In this document: positions 60,156-64,000 of the stretch, one piece after another
Numbering within the stretch: the first letter of the stretch is position 1
Layout: each line of letters opens with the position of its first letter
NCBI GenBank assembly: GCA_052279835.1
Contig: CP181291.1
Location: 2,368,001 to 2,432,000, forward strand
Origin: Microcoleus sp.
GTDB taxonomy: Bacteria; Cyanobacteriota; Cyanobacteriia; Cyanobacteriales; Microcoleaceae
DNA length: 64,000 bases
Direction: 5' to 3'
Program-made: the position numbers and the translations under genes
Notes under the pieces: model-generated
Database searches by the model: none
Told to the model about the DNA's origin: nothing
Seen by the model: only the letters and a program-made list of their open reading frames with translations

Positions 60156-60518
60156 AGCAATAACCAAATTGCGATGACAACGCCCGTAGAAGCCCGCTAC
60201 ACGGGAATTGCAGGGCAAATGGATGTTCCCGAAGTACAAGTTTCTTTCCTCTACCCATCACCAAATATCGCTCCCAGCAGCCTTAGCTCGGCTGTCACAG
60301 TCACCGATACGCCACCGATGACGGTTGTTAGCATTGGTGTCGGCGGGGCTTACAGTTGGGAAAGCTACGAAAATAACCTCCAAAAACTCAAAAATTGGCT
60401 TCAACAACATCCAGAATACTCAATAGTCGGACCTCCGCGACGCTTTTTTTACAACTCCCCGATGACACCGGAAGCAATGAAAATCAGCGAGGTGCAAATT
60501 CCGATCGGAATGATTTAA
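60156..60518 (+). pseudogene. SOUL heme-binding protein, 3' part
   Basis: IAMTTPVE, VSFLYP, VVSIGV.G.Y, RRFFYNSP.TP...SEVQIP are SOUL-family motifs; in frame with 44238-44393 after excision (172 aa). Confidence 0.88.
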
Positions 60519-60589
60519 CCGCGAAGGCGCGAAGTACGCGAAGGAAGAGAAGAGAAGAGAGAGTTTAATACAGGACGATGAAGAGAGGA
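60517..60589. repeat. Dispersed repeats: AACCGCGAAGGCGCGAAG unit plus a 23-bp copy of 15883-15905
   Basis: AATACAGGACGATGAAGAGAGGA is identical at 15883-15905 and 60567-60589. Confidence 0.75.
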
Positions 60590-60663
60590 TTTTATATTAT
60601 TGGTAAGTGGCTACTAATTACCAATTACCAATGCCCGATACACCATGCCTAATTCCCTCTCTT

Positions 60664-61080
60664 TCAGTTACCGCTGATATGAACCACGAGTTCGCGAGTC
60701 TGCCCCCGCTGACGATGTTCCCATAGGTAAATTCCCTGCCAAGTTCCTAACAGCAGCCTACCGCGAGCGATCGGGATTTGTTCAGAAGTATGAGTCAATG
60801 CAGTGCGAATGTGAGCCGGCATATCGTCGGGGCCTTCTGCATCGTGAATATAGGTTGCACCCTCCGGTACCAGTTTAGCTAAAAAGTTGGCTAAGTCCTT
60901 GAGTACATCGGGGTCTGCATTTTCCTGGATCAGCAAACTAGCAGAAGTATGGCGCAAAAACAAGGTACAAAGTCCTGTGTTAATACCAGAATTAGCTACC
61001 ACATTTTCTACACTATCGGTAATTTTGCATAAAGATTTACCGATAGTGTTAATTTTGAATATCTGTTGGTAATGAGTCAT
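60664..61080 (-). CDS. yjbQ: YjbQ/UPF0047 family protein
   Basis: HTSASLLIQENADPDV, EGPDDMPAHI, LGTWQGIYLWEH. Confidence 0.93.
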   Translation of the reverse strand: MTHYQQIFKINTIGKSLCKITDSVENVVANSGINTGLCTLFLRHTSASLLIQENADPDVLKDLANFLAKLVPEGATYIHDAEGPDDMPAHIRTALTHTSEQIPIARGRLLLGTWQGIYLWEHRQRGQTRELVVHISGN

Positions 61081-61190
61081 AGGATTTTAGATTTGGGATT
61101 TGAGATTTTGCAATAATCTTCAGCGGGCGAAGGCAGACGAAAGTTTGACAAGCAGCGAATTCTATGGGCTTTATTTGATGGACTTTTTTG

Positions 61191-62291
61191 CTATTTAAAA
61201 TAATCTACAACAGCGTGGGCGATCGCCTCCGTACCATTTTTGGCCAATTTTTCTGACAAACGCGGGGGCTGCATCGGTTTTCCTAAAAAGTCCCAATCAC
61301 CCTCAAAAAACTCCGCAGCAGTGATAATTTGATGGGAACCATAGTTTTGCATCCCTGCGAGTAAAATCTCCGCTTCGGCAAAACCTTCTCTCATGATAGA
61401 AACCACAGGTATGGACAAACGCAAAGCTTCCGAAAAAGTGCTATACCCCGGTTTGGAAATCACCCGTCCGCAGACAGGCATTACATCAACAGGACGGGGT
61501 AAAATGGGGAAAGAGTTGGCAAACTCCTGACTCTTGACTCTAATCAAATTTGGCAAATCAGGAGCAGCAGCATCAAAAGTGATAAATTGGCGATCGCTAA
61601 ACTTGTGTAAATTGTGATAAGGGATATCTTCCAAACCGAGTCCACCAAAAGTCAACAATACAGTATTTTCTAGGGGTGTTTCGATTCTGAATAACTCCCG
61701 AATTTTATCGTTACTATACCGAGGATTGCCACCTGTTAAACCAACATCTTCTATATGAGGAAAAAACGACATTTTTTCGTGCAAAGGGAGACGAAAAAGG
61801 CGATCGCACATTCCGAAGCACTCACCAATCCAATCCACTATGTCGTCAAACTCCCCGCCCCAATCACGATAAATAAAATCCCAACCAAAATTGCTCATCA
61901 TCCAGCAAGGAACACCAGCAGCCTTAGCAATCTTTGTCATCACAGGTGGAATATCTGCCAGAATCAAACCCACCCGATTTTGTTTAATAAAATTTACTTC
62001 GCTAGCAATTAATGAATTTTGCTTTTTCCGAATTTCCTGCAACTTTTCCAGTGTGGAGTCTAAATCCATATTCAAACTGTCAGACTGCACGACACCAACA
62101 TCAAAAGCGCGGGGGCGGAGAATGAAATCACCTGTGATGTATGATTCTAGCAACCAACGGGGTGCTGTTGTGGCGATAATTAATAAAATTTCTGGATGTA
62201 ATTCTTGAATTTTTGCTGCTACAGATGAAACTCGGACGGCATGGCCGAATCCATGATTAGTGATGGCGATGTATAATGTTGGTCGAGACAT
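61191..62291 (-). CDS. GT-B fold glycosyltransferase-like protein
   Basis: HGFGHAVR, SNFGWD, LLTFGG, ISKPGYSTFSEA. Confidence 0.85.
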   Translation of the reverse strand: MSRPTLYIAITNHGFGHAVRVSSVAAKIQELHPEILLIIATTAPRWLLESYITGDFILRPRAFDVGVVQSDSLNMDLDSTLEKLQEIRKKQNSLIASEVNFIKQNRVGLILADIPPVMTKIAKAAGVPCWMMSNFGWDFIYRDWGGEFDDIVDWIGECFGMCDRLFRLPLHEKMSFFPHIEDVGLTGGNPRYSNDKIRELFRIETPLENTVLLTFGGLGLEDIPYHNLHKFSDRQFITFDAAAPDLPNLIRVKSQEFANSFPILPRPVDVMPVCGRVISKPGYSTFSEALRLSIPVVSIMREGFAEAEILLAGMQNYGSHQIITAAEFFEGDWDFLGKPMQPPRLSEKLAKNGTEAIAHAVVDYFK

Positions 62292-62295
62292 TCTG

Positions 62296-62323
62296 ATTGG
62301 TAATTGGTAATTGGTAATTGGTT
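62296..62323. repeat. STRR-like heptamer tandem repeat (ATTGGTA)n
   Basis: Four units; related heptamer runs at about 16027-16060, 32757-32790 and 60615-60635. Confidence 0.7.
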
Positions 62324-62328
62324 ATTTG

Positions 62329-63435
62329 TTATTTGTTATTTGTTACTCGATCGATAATTTCGCCGGCGATTGCTTCCAAGGATAGCACTCGATCGGCTAA
62401 ACCAGAATTAGCCACAATTCCCGGCATACCCCAAACTACGCTACTAGCCCGATCCTGAACTAAAATTTGACCCCCAACCTCCCGAATACCCTCGCAGCCG
62501 TGAAGTCCATCTTGTCCCATCCCCGTCAGCACTACAGCTAAAACCCCCGCACCATAAATTTTAGCAGTCGATCGAAACAACACATCAACCGCAGGGCGAC
62601 AAGAATTTTCTGGAGGATCTTGATTAGTCCGAATTTGCACTTCCAAACCCTGTCTTTCTAAGAACATATGATAATCTCCCGGTGCTATCCAAGCAACTCC
62701 CGGTGCGACAATACCCCCTGTCAAACCTTCCTTTACCCCAATCTTACACTTTTGAGCAAGTCGCTCGGCCAAACGCTTCGTAAATATAGGTGGCATATGC
62801 TGCACAATCACTATTGGGACGGGGAAATTAGCTGGTAACGCCGACAAAACAGTCTCCAAAGCATTCGGCCCTCCCGTTGATGCCCCTACAGCCACAATTT
62901 CCACCTTAGATTTAATATCGATCGCTGCATGGGGGGACAAAAACTGCGATTTATGGGGGGGGGATTTAGCCGTAATAGTTTGAGGTTTTTCTGCTACTTG
63001 CATCGGCACTAAATCCGGCCTTAAACCACCCTGGCAAAGTATTTTAATTTTAGGAATTAAATGCTCGCGAACGTAGTTTACCACCACTTCATTGCTGTTG
63101 AACTTCTCAGGCTTATTCACGTAATCTGTAGCCCCAAGAGAGAGAGACTCTAAACTAGCATAATTCCCGATTGTGGTCATGGTGCTAAATATGATGATGG
63201 GAATTTCTTGGTCTTTTTCCCTGATCGCTATCAGGGTTTGTAAGCCTTCCATTTCCGGCATTTCCAGATCCATTACAATCAAATCTGGATTTACCTGAGA
63301 AATCTGAGCTAACGCAATTTTACCATTGGGTGCAGTTCCCACCACTTCTAATGCTGCATCGGCATTGATTACATTACTTAATAATCGGCGTACAACTACG
63401 GATTGATCGACAACTAAAATTTTAATTTGAGGCAT
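62329..63435 (-). CDS. cheB: Chemotaxis protein-glutamate methylesterase with receiver domain
   Basis: Receiver (MDLEMP) plus catalytic motifs GASTGG, VQHMP, RPAVD, LTGMGQDG. Confidence 0.96.
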   Translation of the reverse strand: MPQIKILVVDQSVVVRRLLSNVINADAALEVVGTAPNGKIALAQISQVNPDLIVMDLEMPEMEGLQTLIAIREKDQEIPIIIFSTMTTIGNYASLESLSLGATDYVNKPEKFNSNEVVVNYVREHLIPKIKILCQGGLRPDLVPMQVAEKPQTITAKSPPHKSQFLSPHAAIDIKSKVEIVAVGASTGGPNALETVLSALPANFPVPIVIVQHMPPIFTKRLAERLAQKCKIGVKEGLTGGIVAPGVAWIAPGDYHMFLERQGLEVQIRTNQDPPENSCRPAVDVLFRSTAKIYGAGVLAVVLTGMGQDGLHGCEGIREVGGQILVQDRASSVVWGMPGIVANSGLADRVLSLEAIAGEIIDRVTNNK

Positions 63436-63441
63436 TTTTAC

Positions 63442-64000
63442 TTATACTCTAAACATGAAATCTAGAAGTAAACGAGCTTGAAAAAACAGAATAAAATCTC
63501 CTTCTAGATGAAAATCTATGATTTTAAAATGAGACATTAACAGTATAATTGTTGACCTCATATTAAAATCAATAGCGGTAAAAATCTCCTCAGCAGAACC
63601 TTCTATATAGTTAGGAACTACATAACCGAGGTCGTATTTTAATGTATTGCTAAATGTGCCGACGATACCGCTAATGGCTAAATTGCCAATTTCTCCCATG
63701 ATGTCGGCTTTATCTTGCTTGAATTTATCACTTCCGACATCGCCACCCCCATTGATACCCAAGACTAAAGCATCTGCCGCTTCGCAGGAAAATAACAACT
63801 GAGCTGAACCAGATAAATTGCCTGTAAAATTAATTTGAGCTACAGATAATAAGTTGTTCCCCAAGGTATCCCTCATTTTCTTTTGTAAAAATAGAGGCGA
63901 CAGTGCCTGAAAAAAAGGTGGTTGAAATTCTATTTTGCAGCCGATGGTTTCACTCATTTGAGAAATGGCTGTGCGGAGGGCTTTGTTCACCACATCCTGT
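63442..64000 (-). CDS. CheC-like protein (5' end beyond the window)
   Basis: FTGNLSGSAQLLF, EIGN motif, upstream of cheB; the frame is open to the right edge. Confidence 0.75.
   Translation of the reverse strand, partial: QDVVNKALRTAISQMSETIGCKIEFQPPFFQALSPLFLQKKMRDTLGNNLLSVAQINFTGNLSGSAQLLFSCEAADALVLGINGGGDVGSDKFKQDKADIMGEIGNLAISGIVGTFSNTLKYDLGYVVPNYIEGSAEEIFTAIDFNMRSTIILLMSHFKIIDFHLEGDFILFFQARLLLDFMFRV

Overview
Chromosomal window from a filamentous cyanobacterium, probably Oscillatoriales/Microcoleus-like (frequent HIP1 GCGATCGC, heptamer repeats, gene set); the taxonomy is inferred. Left to right: four co-oriented PAS/GAF/receiver sensor genes (one with a DXCF-type cyanobacteriochrome GAF), ppsA, a 2 kb non-coding gap with a 3x64-bp tandem repeat, a 2271-aa DUF4347/lectin/DUF11/RTX surface protein, an apparently internally deleted sacsin-like ATPase, and housekeeping genes (hemB, GNAT, TsaC/Sua5, murF, rbp, clpS, frameshifted gltD). 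An IS200/IS605 element (36486-37638, deleted tnpB) sits in the last codon of clpS, and an orphan IS605 right-end/omegaRNA-like structured RNA lies at 40096-40201. The main finding is a 15,762-bp virus-like element integrated into a SOUL heme-binding gene between 16-bp direct repeats (44378-44393, 60140-60155). It encodes a tyrosine integrase, DUF1064-like nuclease, P-loop ATPase, adenine methyltransferase and a putative structural operon with a P22 gp26 tail-needle-like C-terminus, but no recognisable terminase, portal or capsid. It also has two long perfect hairpins, a 5'-truncated tRNA(CAT), and eight copies of a 26-bp TTTA-N6-TAAATA-N6-TAAA site, mostly at gene junctions. The window ends with yjbQ-like, glycosyltransferase, cheB and cheC-like genes.
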